Shown here piece by piece: positions 44,051 to 56,424 of a stretch of 64,000 nt of DNA. This DNA comes from Gammaproteobacteria bacterium (lineage in GTDB: Bacteria > Pseudomonadota > Gammaproteobacteria > Eutrophobiales > Eutrophobiaceae): the NCBI GenBank assembly GCA_965238225.1, contig OZ250183.1:320001-384000 (forward strand), in the 5' to 3' direction. The position numbers were made by a program, and so were the translations under genes. Below the pieces are notes generated by a model. That model was not told where the DNA came from and did not search any database. It saw only the letters and a program-made list of their open reading frames with translations. How positions within the stretch are numbered: position 1 is the stretch's first letter; every line of letters starts with the position of its first letter.

Positions 44051-44176
44051 AATTTTCTCCCATAAAATTTATTTTCGGAATTCACTTGAATTTCCGGGAA
44101 CAGTAAACTTAGCTGCTGGATGATAATGATGCTTGGGACATTACACAATGGTCTTTTTAAAAACATTTATGGCGGT

Positions 44177-45451
44177 TTATTTAATATTTTTCGATAAAAT
44201 ATCGCCAATCTTATCCCATGAAACTGTTTCTTGCTTAAGTTTATCCCTTAATGACTTGAAGCCCACAGTCTGATTTTTTACCTCATCACTACCCAAAATC
44301 AAGGCAAATAGTGCGCCGGATTTGTCGGCGCTTTTGAACTGGTTCTTAAAACTCCCGCCACCACAATGGGTCATAAGTCTGAGTTGTGGTAGTTGATTAC
44401 GCAATTTTTCTGTCAGTTTCATACCTGCAGCAGTGACTCCATTTTCAGCAGATAAGATAAAATAAGCATGTAGCGGCGCGGTTTCAATGTTATCGCTATT
44501 TTGTTCAATCAAGGCCATCAGGCGTTCTAGCCCCAACGCAAAACCGAAAGCAGGGACAAATTTGCCACCGAAATGTTCAATCAATTCATTGTAGCGACCA
44601 CCAGCACAGAAAGTGCCTTGTGCACCGAGTTTGTCTGTATCCCACTCAAAGACAGTCTGTCCATAATAGTCCAAGCCACGTACAAGTCGTGGGTTGATTG
44701 TATATGGGATATTTGAATCATCTAATATGTTTTTTAATTGCTCAAAATGGTCTGCAGATTCCTTATCCAGATAATCTTGCATTGTCGGTGCTGCGTTGAT
44801 TAATTCTTGCATATCCGGATTTTTACTGTCAAGAATGCGTAACGGATTTATTTGTAATCTGCGTCTGCTTGTTTCATCCAATTGTTTTTCGTGTTGTGAG
44901 AAATAGTTAATCAGTATCTTACAATACTTCGCTCTTGTATGAGCAGATCCTAGAGAGTTCAATTGCAGACATATATTTTCTAGCTCAAGTTCACGCCATA
45001 GGCGCGCACTTAATATGATCATTTCAGCATCTATGTCTGGCCCAACGAAACCAAAGGCCTCGACACCAATCTGATGAAATTGCCTGTGTCTGCCTTTTTG
45101 TGGTCTTTCGTGTCTGAACATGGGACCCATATACCAGAGTTTTTGTGTCTGATTATGAAATAAGCCGTGTTCAAGTCCTGCCCTGACACAGCTTGCTGTG
45201 CCTTCTGGTCGCAGGGTTAGACTATCACCGTTACGATCTTCAAAGCTGTACATTTCCTTGGCAACAATATCGGTCTGCCCGCCGATGGATCGGTTAAATA
45301 GCTCGGTTTTTTCAAGCAAGGGTACACGGATTTCCTGATAGCCATAATTATTTAGGATGCCTGTAATTTTTCTTTCTACGAACTGCCAGCGACTTGTATC
45401 CTGAGGCAGTATATCTGACATACCACGTATAGCCTGTAACTTCTTAGACAA
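44177..45451 (-). CDS. hisS: Histidine--tRNA ligase
   Basis: [33 protein letters not shown]. Confidence 0.98.
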   Translation of the reverse strand: MSKKLQAIRGMSDILPQDTSRWQFVERKITGILNNYGYQEIRVPLLEKTELFNRSIGGQTDIVAKEMYSFEDRNGDSLTLRPEGTASCVRAGLEHGLFHNQTQKLWYMGPMFRHERPQKGRHRQFHQIGVEAFGFVGPDIDAEMIILSARLWRELELENICLQLNSLGSAHTRAKYCKILINYFSQHEKQLDETSRRRLQINPLRILDSKNPDMQELINAAPTMQDYLDKESADHFEQLKNILDDSNIPYTINPRLVRGLDYYGQTVFEWDTDKLGAQGTFCAGGRYNELIEHFGGKFVPAFGFALGLERLMALIEQNSDNIETAPLHAYFILSAENGVTAAGMKLTEKLRNQLPQLRLMTHCGGGSFKNQFKSADKSGALFALILGSDEVKNQTVGFKSLRDKLKQETVSWDKIGDILSKNIK

Positions 45452-45711
45452 AGCTTTCTCCTAGGAAATGAATTATTCTGAAATTTGTACGGGCATAATA
45501 ATATGCGTCATGTCAGTATGATAGCGTGTTAATAAATATGATCCATAATAAACAGATCCATGCTATATGGTATGGTGTGCGAGGCTCATCACGAGCAAGG
45601 AAATTCTTGAAAAATCTTATGATATTTTATTTAGTGCTTATACGTATTTAATACTCATATGCTAAAAAGATTATTCCAAAATTTTCTTATAAATAATTTT
45701 TATGAAGAAAA

Positions 45712-46554
45712 TTACTCTAAAAAAAATTTTGCAATATTTGTTTTGGTGTATTCTTTGGTATCGAATACTTTACCATTGAAATTGACTAAAACAGCTCTGG
45801 AGTTACCAAGCGTGACTGATAATGGTGCTGTGCCAGTTATGCTGATTTTTTCACCAGGTTTGGCAAGGTTGCGATAGAGTTGTTCATTTGTAGCGTCATA
45901 TATTTCAATCCATGATTCAGCAGTTAATTCCATTTTTAAGGTATCTAAATTTACTGGGTCATTTGAGTTTATCTGTACATTTGTGCTCAATGAATCATTT
46001 GTTGATAAATGATCATCAAGTTCTAATAGATTTAGATTGCTTGGCTCATATACTTCACGCACATCCAGAGGTTCTGCGAGAGATTCTGGGTGAATAACAA
46101 TATCATAGTCATCTGGGGTGGTTTTAGTATTGTTTGTAAAAAATTCCGTTCTGACAATATGCTGACTTTGCCACCAAGCAATGACTAAAATTCCTAATGT
46201 AAAAATAACTAGATAGGTCATTGCTTTAACAGGTTTATCTCTACTGCTTGCTTGAACTACAGGCTTAACATCCGGGAGAATCTCCGGCGGTGCTTCTGCC
46301 GAGGCTTCATATATATTGATGAGGTTATCTGCATTTAAGGAAACAGCGCATGCATAACTCCTAATATATCCTTTGATGTAGGTTGGCGCAGGCAGCTTGC
46401 TGAAGTCGTTAGCATCCAGCGCTGCAACAAATTCTTCCTTTAAGTTAAGTCTGGACGCAATTTCTTTTTGAGATAGCGATAATTTTTCTCTGGCTTTGGT
46501 GAGTAATTCACCAAGTTTATTATTATTATTATTTTCTATCTGATCTTCAGGCAT
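45712..46554 (-). CDS. rodZ: Cytoskeleton protein RodZ
   Basis: N-terminal HTH (YIKGYIRSYA), single TM, C-terminal DUF4115 (SWIEIYDA, LGN). Confidence 0.92.
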   Translation of the reverse strand: MPEDQIENNNNNKLGELLTKAREKLSLSQKEIASRLNLKEEFVAALDANDFSKLPAPTYIKGYIRSYACAVSLNADNLINIYEASAEAPPEILPDVKPVVQASSRDKPVKAMTYLVIFTLGILVIAWWQSQHIVRTEFFTNNTKTTPDDYDIVIHPESLAEPLDVREVYEPSNLNLLELDDHLSTNDSLSTNVQINSNDPVNLDTLKMELTAESWIEIYDATNEQLYRNLAKPGEKISITGTAPLSVTLGNSRAVLVNFNGKVFDTKEYTKTNIAKFFLE

Positions 46555-46557
46555 TGT

Positions 46558-47331
46558 CTATTTGGCCAAACTATTTTTTAATAAATTAGTTTCTTCGCTG
46601 TCTGGAAATTTATTTTTTAATAATAATTCGTAGCTCGATAGCGCATTATTATCGCCTAGCTTACTTTCAACCTGAATACCGAGCCAAAGACTTTTTGCTG
46701 TATGAGGGCTTACCTCAAGGTATCGCTGTAAATACCCCCTTGCTGATAGGTAGTTTTTGGTGACATATGAAATTTCAATCATTTGCAATAGCGCAGGAAT
46801 CACCTTAGGGTTTTCCCCCAATGCTTTTCTAAAATACTTTTCAGCGATACCCAGCTTGTCCTGCTTCATGGCGCAGACCCCAGCATTTGACAATGCAATT
46901 TCTGGTGTTGTATATAATGGGTTGTTTGCAGCTTTTAGGAAATGTTTCTCAGCTTTATCAAAGCGAGATTCCTGACAGAGGAACTGACCATAATTGTTCA
47001 TAGTAGATGAATCATATTCATTTAAACGAAGCGCCTGAATGAAATATTCTTCAGCTTTTTTTTTGTCTTTAAATCTCTGGTATAAAACTCCCAAAGCATT
47101 GTAGGTAGGCGAATAATGCGGATCAGCCGCCCGTGCCTTTTGTAATTTTTCCAGTGATTTCTCCAATGCGCCTGCTTGCAGATAGGCTATTCCAAGGTCT
47201 AGGTTAGCCTTCGCAATATCGTTGGTCTTTACTGATGGTTTGATAGATTCAGAGCGACCGGTCGTTTGGCCGCAGCCGCTTAAGCCTAAATAGAGGAAAT
47301 AAAAAATAATAGTGAGCGTAATCTTTTTCAT
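46558..47331 (-). CDS. pilW: Type IV pilus biogenesis/stability lipoprotein PilW (PilF)
   Basis: Lipobox LSGC, TPRs, NNYGQFLC, FPDSEE; lies between rlmN and rodZ. Confidence 0.9.
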   Translation of the reverse strand: MKKITLTIIFYFLYLGLSGCGQTTGRSESIKPSVKTNDIAKANLDLGIAYLQAGALEKSLEKLQKARAADPHYSPTYNALGVLYQRFKDKKKAEEYFIQALRLNEYDSSTMNNYGQFLCQESRFDKAEKHFLKAANNPLYTTPEIALSNAGVCAMKQDKLGIAEKYFRKALGENPKVIPALLQMIEISYVTKNYLSARGYLQRYLEVSPHTAKSLWLGIQVESKLGDNNALSSYELLLKNKFPDSEETNLLKNSLAK

Positions 47332-47345
47332 GCCTTACCGTATAT

Positions 47346-48443
47346 TTAATAGCGTTTTGAGGGCATTCGGTATTTTTTAGCGCGTGCCATGACCTTGCCA
47401 ACCAATTGACCACAGGCTGCGTCGATATCATCACCTCTGGTTTTACGTGTGATGGCAAAAACACCGCCCTTGATTAAAATGTCCCTGAATTTATCAATTA
47501 CACTCGTTTTGGAACATTTATAGTCAGTCCCAAGAAAGGGGTTGAATGGGATGAGGTTAATCTTTGCGGGGATCCCATTCATAAGTTTAATCAACATACG
47601 AGCCTCGGCTTCGCTATCATTAATACCATCCAGCATAACATATTCGAAAGTGATCGTATCTACGATATGTATTTTTGCATATCTTTTGCATGCTTGCATC
47701 AATTCTTCAATAGGGTAGCTTTTGTTAATGGGTACCAGATTATTACGCAGCTCATTATTAGTCGCATGCAATGAGATGGCTAGGCTGACATCACTTGTCT
47801 TTGCCAGTTTATCAATTGCCGGCACCAAGCCAGATGTACTCAAGGTGACTCGTTTTCGTGAAAGTCCATATGCACAATCTTCCATCATCAGGCTCATGGC
47901 ACTAACGACATTGTCAAAATTAAGCAGAGGTTCACCCATGCCCATCATGACAATATTGCTGATAGTGCGGTTTTTATATTTGTAGTCTCCCAGCGCCTGA
48001 CTTGCAATCCATAATTGACCAATGATTTCGCCAGTAGTTAGGTTCCGATTAAATCCTTGCTTTCCGGTAGCGCAGAAGCCACAGTCCAATGCGCAACCTA
48101 CTTGAGATGAAATACATAAAGTCCCCCGATCTTTCCCCGGGATAAATACGGTCTCTATGCTATTGTTATTGTCAAGTTGGAGCAACCATTTGCACGTGCC
48201 ATCTTTTGATATTTGTTGAGAGATTATTTTTGGAAGTTGGATATGAGCGATATCAGATAATTTTTTGCGAAGTGCTTTACTTAAAGTTGTCATTTGCGAG
48301 AAATCGGTGATGCCGTATTGATAGATCCACTTGAGTACCTGAACGGCACGAAACGGTTTTTCACCTATATCGGTAAAATAGGTTTCCATGGAATATCGGT
48401 CATGATCAAGCAGGTTTGCTTGCTTGTTTACGCCTATGCCCAT
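47346..48443 (-). CDS. rlmN: 23S rRNA m2A2503 methyltransferase
   Basis: [31 protein letters not shown]. Confidence 0.97.
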   Translation of the reverse strand: MGIGVNKQANLLDHDRYSMETYFTDIGEKPFRAVQVLKWIYQYGITDFSQMTTLSKALRKKLSDIAHIQLPKIISQQISKDGTCKWLLQLDNNNSIETVFIPGKDRGTLCISSQVGCALDCGFCATGKQGFNRNLTTGEIIGQLWIASQALGDYKYKNRTISNIVMMGMGEPLLNFDNVVSAMSLMMEDCAYGLSRKRVTLSTSGLVPAIDKLAKTSDVSLAISLHATNNELRNNLVPINKSYPIEELMQACKRYAKIHIVDTITFEYVMLDGINDSEAEARMLIKLMNGIPAKINLIPFNPFLGTDYKCSKTSVIDKFRDILIKGGVFAITRKTRGDDIDAACGQLVGKVMARAKKYRMPSKRY

Positions 48444-48460
48444 AGTTTAGACTGCATAAC

Positions 48461-48898
48461 TTACCGGATACGTTCGCAGATTTCTTCTGGCTTGAAGAAA
48501 AACTTAATTTCTTCCACCGCAGTTTCTGGCGCGTCAGAACCATGCACTGCATTTTCGTTAGCCTTACCTTCTCTCGCCAGATCGTAACGAATTGAACCTG
48601 GGGCAGAAAATTCGGGCATGGTTGCACCCATTAAGGCACGACATCTTGCAATCGCATTTTCGCCTTCAAGGACAGATATCATTGCCGGACCAGAGATCAT
48701 GAATTCAACCAGCATGTTATAGAAAGGCCGTTCTTTATGAATAGAATAAAAATCTTTGGCCTGTTTTTTGGTTAATTGTGTCATTTTTGCAGCAATGATA
48801 GTCAGATCATTTGCTTCAAATCTTGAATAAATATCTCCAATATAATTATTTGCTATGGCATCAGGCTTGATTATCGATAGCGTGCGTTCAATGGTCAT
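48461..48898 (-). CDS. ndk: Nucleoside diphosphate kinase
   Basis: [18 protein letters not shown]. Confidence 0.97.
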   Translation of the reverse strand: MTIERTLSIIKPDAIANNYIGDIYSRFEANDLTIIAAKMTQLTKKQAKDFYSIHKERPFYNMLVEFMISGPAMISVLEGENAIARCRALMGATMPEFSAPGSIRYDLAREGKANENAVHGSDAPETAVEEIKFFFKPEEICERIR

Positions 48899-48967
48899 TT
48901 ACTTAAACTTACTCTAAAAAATGCTTTAATGTTTTAAAATGAAGGAATCAGGCCTAACTGACAATTA

Positions 48968-49003
48968 AGCGCGCGATTATACGTGCTTGAAATCAAGCGT
49001 AAA
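48968..49003 (-). promoter_or_regulatory. Putative sigma70 promoter of ndk
   Basis: Minus strand TTTACG-16 nt-TATAAT followed by a GC-rich discriminator (cgcgcgc). Confidence 0.5.
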
Positions 49004-49052
49004 GTCTTTAATATGCCGAAAGTGACTTAAATGTGAAAAGCGGTAAAAACTA

Positions 49053-49398
49053 TCAATCCCAGCGATTATCATATACTTGAACGATACTGTCTGTGATGTG
49101 AATAGGAAAAGTTGGTACATCTTCATAGGCTGGAGGCGTTAGGGCTTTACCCGTTTTAATACAGAATTTAGCACCATGTCGTGGACAAATAATTTGTTTA
49201 TCATTGATTAATTGTTCCGGGAGTAGTTCTGACCCCAGTCCACTATCTAGCATTGTGGAATTATCATGGTCGCAATTATTTTCGATAGCAAAACATTCAC
49301 CGTCAAGATTAAAAACGGCAATTTGCACATCACCCAAGTCAACCAGTCTCGCCTCGCCCAAAGGATTCTATGGGTTCTATGTTAATCCAGTCTGGCAT
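49053..49398 (-). pseudogene. Rieske-type ferredoxin of the suf cluster with a 5' frameshift (or sequencing error)
   Basis: CDH...CPRHGAKF Rieske ligands; the natural start MPDWINIEPIESF (ATG at 49398) is out of frame with the body starting near 49361. Confidence 0.7.
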
Positions 49399-49441
49399 AG
49401 CAGGAATCTTTAGTAGGGCTTAGATACCGTGAATGGCGATA

Positions 49442-49993
49442 TCAATAAAGACCGGTTTGTAATCTAGCAGCTTCTGACATCATGGTTTGATTCCATGGAG
49501 GATCAAAAGTCAGATCGACATTAACTTGAGTGACATTAGGCAAAGTAATGATTTTGCTGCGAACATCTTCAGCCAGAAACTCACCCATGCCACATCCGGG
49601 TGCAGTCAGCGTCATAGTAATGTCAACTCGATTACCCACATCTACAGGGGTGATGCTGCAATTATAAATCAGGCCGAGTTCGACAATATCGATAGGAATC
49701 TCTGGGTCATAGCAGGTACGTAGCTGTTCCCAAATGAGTGCTTCATAAACACGCCCATCTCCTGTTTGCTCATGTGCAGGTTCGGTATTATTATCTTCAA
49801 TTTCAAACCCCAATGCATCAGCATCTTTACTGTCAATGCGTGCAAGATTGCCGTTGATGTTTACCGTATAGCTTCCGCCTAGTGCCTGCGTAATATAAAC
49901 GATACTGTCTTTTTCAAGCTTGATGGGGGTGCCATCAGGGATCAGTACAGCATTGCAGTCTCGTACTAGAGCGATAGATTCATTATGTTGCAT
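49442..49993 (-). CDS. sufT: Fe-S cluster assembly protein SufT (DUF59)
   Basis: TQALGGSYTV, CYDPEIPIDIVELGL, MTLTAPGCGMG, FDPPW. Confidence 0.92.
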   Translation of the reverse strand: MQHNESIALVRDCNAVLIPDGTPIKLEKDSIVYITQALGGSYTVNINGNLARIDSKDADALGFEIEDNNTEPAHEQTGDGRVYEALIWEQLRTCYDPEIPIDIVELGLIYNCSITPVDVGNRVDITMTLTAPGCGMGEFLAEDVRSKIITLPNVTQVNVDLTFDPPWNQTMMSEAARLQTGLY

Positions 49994-50005
49994 ATTCGTT
50001 CCAGA

Positions 50006-50464
50006 TTATTCTGTTGTGGCAGGACAGTTATCGCCCCATAATGCCGAATGCAGGGTGTGCCAGCAAAGTGTCGCACATTTAACGCGTGCTGGATATTCTT
50101 TAACGCCCGCCAGTGCAACAAGTTTTCCCAATGATTGCATTTGTTCTTGACTAGGGTTTGCTTCTTCCATGACTAGATTGTGAAAATTTTCAAATAACTG
50201 TTCGGCCTCTTTAATGGTCTTACCTTTTAGTGAATCTGTCATTAAAGACGCAGAGGCAACTGAGATAGCACAGCCAGAACCATCAAAACTGACATCCGCA
50301 ATCAGATCATCTTCTGTTGTTAAGTAAAGATTCAATTTATCACCGCACAAAGGGTTGTAGCCTTCGGCAATCTGGCTTGGGTTCTCGAGCTTGCCAAAAT
50401 TTCTCGGGCTGCGGTTATGATCAATGATGGCCTCCTGATAGAGGTCTTTTAAATTAAGCATCAA
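50006..50464 (-). CDS. sufU: SUF system NifU-family protein SufU
   Basis: LYQEAIIDH, NPLCGD, GCAISVAS, RVKCATL. Confidence 0.92.
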   Translation of the reverse strand: MMLNLKDLYQEAIIDHNRSPRNFGKLENPSQIAEGYNPLCGDKLNLYLTTEDDLIADVSFDGSGCAISVASASLMTDSLKGKTIKEAEQLFENFHNLVMEEANPSQEQMQSLGKLVALAGVKEYPARVKCATLCWHTLHSALWGDNCPATTE

Positions 50465-51717
50465 GCAAAAACCTCTCTGGCTTTTTCCAGAGCGTGAATC
50501 AAACTATCAATTTCCGCAAAAGTGTTATAAAAAGAAAAGGAAGCACGTGCTGTCGCAGGTACGTTAAAGTGTGTCATTACTGGCATGGCACAATGATGGC
50601 CTGTGCGTATAGCGATGCCTTTATGATCAAGGATCGTACCTATGTCATGAGGATGAATGCTGTCCATGATGAAAGATAGGATGCTGGTTTTTTGTGCTGC
50701 CGTACCAATTAGGCGTAAACCTTCAACTTGTCCCATTTTTTCTGTAGCGTAATTAAGTAGTTCATGTTCATAAGCGGCAATGGCATCAAGGCCAATCATA
50801 TTAATATAGTTAATAGCTGTATCTAGCCCAATGACTCCAGCAATATTCGGTGTGCCTGCTTCAAACTTGTAGGGTAGGTTGGCATACATTGTTTTTTCGA
50901 ATGACACCATCTTGATCATATCGCCACCACCTTGCCAAGGCGGCATGGCTTCGAGTAATTCTGTCTTGCCATAAAGCACGCCGACCCCTGTGGGGCCAAA
51001 AAGTTTGTGACCGGAAAATACATAAAAATCACAATCCAGCGCTTGCACATCTACGGCGGCATGCGGTGCAGCTTGAGCACCATCAATAATAACAATAGCA
51101 TTATGCTCATGTGTACGGTTGATGATGGCTTGAATTGGATTGATTGTTCCCAAGGCATTGGAAATATGAACCACTGAAACAATCTTTGTCTGTGGGTTAA
51201 GTAATTTCTCAAACTCTTCTATGATTAGTTCACCATCATCATTAATCGGGATTATTTTCAGGAGCGCACCGGTTTGTTCGCAAAGCAATTGCCATGGCAC
51301 GATGTTTGAGTGGTGTTCCATTTCGGAAATAATAATTTCGTCACCACCTTTAAGGTTGGTTCTGCCATAACTTTGAGCAATCAGGTTAATACCTTCAGTT
51401 GCACCACGCACAAAGATTATCTCTTCCTTTGAGTCAGCGTTTAGGAAATTACGTATGTTTACTCGGGCATTTTCATAATAAGCCGTCGATCTTTCACTCA
51501 AAGTATGCACACCACGGTGAATGTTGGCATTATCTTCTTGATAGTATTTGTCCAGTGCTTCGATCACTTGTTTGGGTTTTTGCGAGGTTGCAGCATTGTC
51601 AAGATAGACTAGAGGCTTACCGTTTACTTCTTGATGTAGAATTGGAAAATTCTGACGAATTTTTTCAATATCTAATAAGGGTGTTTTAATATTATTTGCT
51701 GTGTTGATTTCTGACAT
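50461..51717 (-). CDS. sufS: Cysteine desulfurase SufS
   Basis: YLDNAATSQKP, SGHK, RTGHHCA (group II). Confidence 0.96.
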   Translation of the reverse strand: MSEINTANNIKTPLLDIEKIRQNFPILHQEVNGKPLVYLDNAATSQKPKQVIEALDKYYQEDNANIHRGVHTLSERSTAYYENARVNIRNFLNADSKEEIIFVRGATEGINLIAQSYGRTNLKGGDEIIISEMEHHSNIVPWQLLCEQTGALLKIIPINDDGELIIEEFEKLLNPQTKIVSVVHISNALGTINPIQAIINRTHEHNAIVIIDGAQAAPHAAVDVQALDCDFYVFSGHKLFGPTGVGVLYGKTELLEAMPPWQGGGDMIKMVSFEKTMYANLPYKFEAGTPNIAGVIGLDTAINYINMIGLDAIAAYEHELLNYATEKMGQVEGLRLIGTAAQKTSILSFIMDSIHPHDIGTILDHKGIAIRTGHHCAMPVMTHFNVPATARASFSFYNTFAEIDSLIHALEKAREVFA

Positions 51718-51746
51718 CTTCAGATTCTCTTAACTTTTTTTTAGCC

Positions 51747-53105
51747 TTACATTTTGTTGGCAGCACTCAAATTGGCTTTAATTAGATCAGCATCAGGCAA
51801 ACGGCCGCCGATGTTGTATTCCAACTGTTCGCGCAAAGGCGCAAATTTGATGCGACGAATAATTTCATCAGCAAAAGCAAAGATTAGTAAGTTTTTGGCG
51901 GTTTCTTCATCAAGGCTACGTGAACGAAGGTAAAACAGCATATTCTTGTCTAGCTGACCAATGGTCGCACCGTGACTACATTCTACATCATCGGCGTAAA
52001 TTTCCAGTTCCGGTTTGGTGTCAATCTCAGCATGGTCAGATAATAGGAGGTTAGCATTAGATTGTGCTGCCTCTATTTTCTGCGCATCTTTATGCACAAT
52101 AACTTTGCCATTGAAGACGCCTTGCGCACGATCATCCAGCACGCCGCGATAATTTTCTTCACTTTGGGTATGAGGTTTGGAATGATTTACTAGTGTGTGG
52201 TTATCGACATGCTGACTACCATTGCCCATATAAAGTCCGTTTAAAATAACCTTAGCACCGAAACCTGCAAGTTCCGTGACGATATCATTGCGCACGATTG
52301 CGCCGCCTAATGAAACTGAATATGATTCAACACGGCTGTTACGATGTAGTTTCAGATGCGTACCGCTAATATGAAAACTTTCGGTATTTTCCTGTTGTAT
52401 TTTGTAATGTTCAAGTGCTGCATTATCAGACATTTCAATCTCTGTAATAGTATTGGTAAAACTAACAACATCCTGTAGCCCACGGAAGCTTTCTATTACG
52501 TTAGCCTGTGCATTTTTACCCATGATGATTAAATTACGTGGCATCACAGCAAGCGGCTGCCCACTGTTGCTGGAAATAAAATAAATTACAATGGGTTCTT
52601 TGATGATGACATTGTCTGGTACGCATATAAGTGCGCCATCATTAAAGAAAGCCGTATTTAATGCAGCAAAAATATGTTGTTTGCTATCAAAATATCTATT
52701 TAGGCTTGCTTCAATTAATTCTGGAGTATTATTTAAGGCTTCACGCAAGCTGCCAATAATGACCTTATTATTAAGCTTGCCTATGTTTGAATGTTCGGAT
52801 GAATATTGACCATTTATAAATACCAGTTCATGACTGTTTTTTGCATTAAATCTCAGACTTGCTAACACGTCAGTTTGAATGACATTGTGTGTCGAATTTG
52901 CAGCCATGAACCCAGTTTTGGTAATTCGAGATACGTCTGTGTATTTCCAGTTTTCATGACGACGTGTTGGGAACCCTGTTTTTTGAAACTGATCGAATGC
53001 AGATTGCCTATAGGCAGCCAACCACGGTGGCGTGCTTGTATCTTGATGTGCAGAAAAAACTGATCGAAAATTTTCCGTCAAGATATTGGATTGTGCTGAA
53101 CTCAT
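51747..53105 (-). CDS. sufD: Fe-S cluster assembly protein SufD
   Basis: [31 protein letters not shown]. Confidence 0.95.
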   Translation of the reverse strand: MSSAQSNILTENFRSVFSAHQDTSTPPWLAAYRQSAFDQFQKTGFPTRRHENWKYTDVSRITKTGFMAANSTHNVIQTDVLASLRFNAKNSHELVFINGQYSSEHSNIGKLNNKVIIGSLREALNNTPELIEASLNRYFDSKQHIFAALNTAFFNDGALICVPDNVIIKEPIVIYFISSNSGQPLAVMPRNLIIMGKNAQANVIESFRGLQDVVSFTNTITEIEMSDNAALEHYKIQQENTESFHISGTHLKLHRNSRVESYSVSLGGAIVRNDIVTELAGFGAKVILNGLYMGNGSQHVDNHTLVNHSKPHTQSEENYRGVLDDRAQGVFNGKVIVHKDAQKIEAAQSNANLLLSDHAEIDTKPELEIYADDVECSHGATIGQLDKNMLFYLRSRSLDEETAKNLLIFAFADEIIRRIKFAPLREQLEYNIGGRLPDADLIKANLSAANKM

Positions 53106-53857
53106 GCCGCATCAGCTCCTTCTAGTATCCAGTCATAGCCTTTATCTTCAAGTTCCAGCGCCAGTTCTTTACTGCCAGATTTAATGATCTTGCCATCAAA
53201 CAAGACATGTACATAGTCAGGGACGATGTAATCTAGCAAGCGTTGATAGTGAGTTACCAGCATGATGGCGCGGTCTTTACTGCGGAAATTATTGACACCA
53301 TCCGCAACGACCTTCAAGGCATCAATATCCAGACCAGAATCGGTTTCATCAAGGATGGCAAGTGTTGGTTCAAGTAATACCATCTGAAAAATCTCATTAC
53401 GCTTTTTCTCGCCGCCAGAGAAGCCTTCATTAACTGCGCGATTTAAAAGATCCTCTTTCATTTTAACGATTTTCATTTTTTCTTTAATCAGTGTCAGAAA
53501 TTCAAAAGCATCTAATTCAGTTTTTCCTTGATGTTTGCGAATGGCATTCATTGCTGCCTTCAATAAGTAAACATTATTTACACCTGGTATTTCGACAGGA
53601 TATTGAAAAGCTAGGAAGATACCTTCACGTGCACGAATTTCAGGCTCCATCTCGGTAAGATCCTTGTCTTTATAAATAATTTCACCGCTATCGACTGCAT
53701 AATCATTGCGACCAGCAATGACATTTGCCAGAGTGCTTTTCCCAGAACCGTTCGGACCCATAATGGCATGCACCTCACCGGCTTTAATTTCAAGATTCAG
53801 TCCTTTGATGATTTGTTTATTATCGACAGACGCTTTTAAATTTTTAATTTTTAACAT
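53102..53857 (-). CDS. sufC: Fe-S cluster assembly ATPase SufC
   Basis: [28 protein letters not shown]. Confidence 0.97.
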   Translation of the reverse strand: MLKIKNLKASVDNKQIIKGLNLEIKAGEVHAIMGPNGSGKSTLANVIAGRNDYAVDSGEIIYKDKDLTEMEPEIRAREGIFLAFQYPVEIPGVNNVYLLKAAMNAIRKHQGKTELDAFEFLTLIKEKMKIVKMKEDLLNRAVNEGFSGGEKKRNEIFQMVLLEPTLAILDETDSGLDIDALKVVADGVNNFRSKDRAIMLVTHYQRLLDYIVPDYVHVLFDGKIIKSGSKELALELEDKGYDWILEGADAA

Positions 53858-53950
53858 TAATTTTTTCCAAGAAGAATTGATGAAAAGCTAGATGCTGAAA
53901 GAATGCAGATTTTATTTTTTATTACATTTAATTCTTAATTGTTCGTATTC

Positions 53951-55432
53951 TTAACCAACAGCACCTTCAAGGGTAATGCCTAATAATTTTTGTGCTTCAA
54001 CCGCAAATTCCATAGGTAATTCTTTAAATACTTCTTTACAGAAACCATTGATAATCATATTTACAGTATCTTCTTCCGATATGCCGCGTTGTTTACAGTA
54101 AAACAACTGATCTTCACCGATCTTTGAAGTCGTAGCTTCGTGTTCTACCTGTGCCGTTGAGTTTTTCACTTCAATATAAGGAAAGGTATGTGCGCCACAT
54201 TTATCTCCCATCAATAAAGAATCACACTGGGTATAGTTGCGAGCATTCTTGGCAGTTTTGGCAATTCGAACCAACCCTCTGTATGTATTCTCGGCAAAGC
54301 GTGCGGATATGCCCTTGGAGATGATGGTGCTGCGAGTGTTCTTGCCGATATGAACCATTTTGGTTCCTGTGTCTGCTTGCTGATAATTATTTGTTACAGC
54401 GACGGAATAGAATTCGCCCACAGAATTATCACCACGTAAAATACAACTGGGATATTTCCAGGTAATGGCAGAACCAGTTTCTACTTGAGTCCATGAGATC
54501 TTGGAGTTCACGCCTCGGCAATCACCGCGCTTGGTGACAAAGTTATAAATTCCACCAACACCATTCTCATCACCGGGGTACCAGTTTTGTACAGTAGAAT
54601 ATTTTATTTGTGCGTTATCCATCGCAACTAACTCTACGACCGCTGCATGTAACTGATTCTCATCTCGCATGGGTGCGGTACAGCCCTCTAGATAGCTTAC
54701 ATGGCTGTCTTTTTCAGCAATAATCAAGGTGCGTTCAAATTGCCCTGTGTTGGCGGCATTGATTCGAAAATAGGTTGACAGTTCCATAGGGCAACGAACC
54801 CCTTTTGGGATAAAACAAAAAGATCCATCAGTAAAAACTGCAGAGTTTAGTGCTGCAAAAAAATTATCTCTAGCAGGTACCACTGTACCCAAATATTTTT
54901 TGACCAGATCAGGATAATCTTTAACGGCCTCAGAAAAGGAGCAAAAGATCACACCAGCATCCTTCAGTTTTTCCTTGAATGTAGTCGCGATAGAAACACT
55001 ATCAAATATTGCATCAACCGCAACGCCAGCCAACTTCATTTGTTCTTGCAAGGGGATACCCAGTTTTTCATAGGTCTCAAGTAATTTAGGATCGACTTCA
55101 TCCAGATTCTTTGGTCTATCGTCTTTTGATTTTGGTGCGGAATAATAAGAGATTGTCTGATAATCAATTTTTTTGTGACGAATATGCGCCCATTCAGGCT
55201 CTTCCATTTTTAACCAGTAACGGTAGGCATTAAGACGCCAGTCTAATAACCATTCAGGCTCTTCTTTTTTTAGCGAAATCAATCGAATGACATCTTCGTT
55301 TAATCCAGGGGCAACAGTATCTGTTTCAATTTCGGTAACGAAGCCATGTTTGTATTCTGCATTAACCAATGTTTCAATATTTGAATCAACTGCGACGCTT
55401 TCAGTAGTTTCGTTGATGTTCTGCGAACTCAT
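53951..55432 (-). CDS. sufB: Fe-S cluster assembly protein SufB
   Basis: [29 protein letters not shown]. Confidence 0.97.
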   Translation of the reverse strand: MSSQNINETTESVAVDSNIETLVNAEYKHGFVTEIETDTVAPGLNEDVIRLISLKKEEPEWLLDWRLNAYRYWLKMEEPEWAHIRHKKIDYQTISYYSAPKSKDDRPKNLDEVDPKLLETYEKLGIPLQEQMKLAGVAVDAIFDSVSIATTFKEKLKDAGVIFCSFSEAVKDYPDLVKKYLGTVVPARDNFFAALNSAVFTDGSFCFIPKGVRCPMELSTYFRINAANTGQFERTLIIAEKDSHVSYLEGCTAPMRDENQLHAAVVELVAMDNAQIKYSTVQNWYPGDENGVGGIYNFVTKRGDCRGVNSKISWTQVETGSAITWKYPSCILRGDNSVGEFYSVAVTNNYQQADTGTKMVHIGKNTRSTIISKGISARFAENTYRGLVRIAKTAKNARNYTQCDSLLMGDKCGAHTFPYIEVKNSTAQVEHEATTSKIGEDQLFYCKQRGISEEDTVNMIINGFCKEVFKELPMEFAVEAQKLLGITLEGAVG

Positions 55433-55464
55433 GAATATTTCTCTGATAAATTTATCTGCTTGGC

Positions 55465-55809
55465 TTAAACGCTGAAACTCTCACCACAACCACAGGTTTC
55501 CTGTACATTCGGATTCTTAAACTGGAGCTCTTCATTGAGCCCTTTGCGGACATAATCCATTTCCATACCTACAAGTAAAGGCAAGCTAAGTTTGTCGACA
55601 AAAATATTTATACCTTTAGATTCAAATATTTCATCTTGTTCTGTAGCCTGTCGAGCTGCTTCAATGACATACTTATAGCCAGAACAGCCAGTGGCTTTAG
55701 TCGCAATACGTAAGCCAATATTGGTATCATGCTTATCCAAAAAGCTTTTTATATGTTCTGCTGCTTTGTCAGTCAGCGTGATATTTTTTGTAATAGCTGT
55801 TTCGTTCAT
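55465..55809 (-). CDS. sufA: A-type Fe-S carrier (SufA/IscA)
   Basis: TGCSGYKY and CGCGESF motifs; position in the suf operon. Confidence 0.88.
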   Translation of the reverse strand: MNETAITKNITLTDKAAEHIKSFLDKHDTNIGLRIATKATGCSGYKYVIEAARQATEQDEIFESKGINIFVDKLSLPLLVGMEMDYVRKGLNEELQFKNPNVQETCGCGESFSV

Positions 55810-55855
55810 AATTTATTTATTCTATTTAATTCGTAATACCTTTTTTAAGGCGTGA

Positions 55856-56332
55856 TTAATGTGTGGCTCGCCCATATTTTGTGTTACGTTCGATTAAGAT
55901 AGCATTTTGTCGCTTGGCGACTTGTTGTACATTGTTCATTCGAACCATTTCACCGAGTGAAATACCATTTAAATATTCAGAGACATGGCGGTTCAGACCC
56001 AACCACAGATCATGGGTTAAACAACGTACGTCGCCCATACAATTTTGCTGGCCACCACAACGTGTTACATCAATGGGTTCATCAACAGCATACATCACGC
56101 GTGCTATGGTAATTTCGTCAGTATTCAACGCCAGACGGTAACCACCACCTGGCCCACGAACACTTTCAACCAGACCCTTTTTACGCAGTTTGCCGAACAA
56201 CTGTTCTAAATAGGTTAGGGAGATGTTTTGCCTGGCTGAAATATCAGCTAAATTAATTGGCGTTTCGTCGTTATGTAATGCCAAATCGAGCATGGCGGAA
56301 ACAGCGTAACGACCTTTTGTTGTTAGTTTCAT
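55856..56332 (-). CDS. iscR: Fe-S cluster transcription regulator (Rrf2 family)
   Basis: [24 protein letters not shown], three Cys plus His (C..C..CLTH). Confidence 0.95.
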   Translation of the reverse strand: MKLTTKGRYAVSAMLDLALHNDETPINLADISARQNISLTYLEQLFGKLRKKGLVESVRGPGGGYRLALNTDEITIARVMYAVDEPIDVTRCGGQQNCMGDVRCLTHDLWLGLNRHVSEYLNGISLGEMVRMNNVQQVAKRQNAILIERNTKYGRATH

Positions 56333-56424
56333 CTATCTTTAACTCCAGATACACTTAGCATAAAAATATCTCGGATGCTGCCTGAATTAGAGGGATTTTA
56401 CTTAAAAAGTGCGGCAATTTTCTC

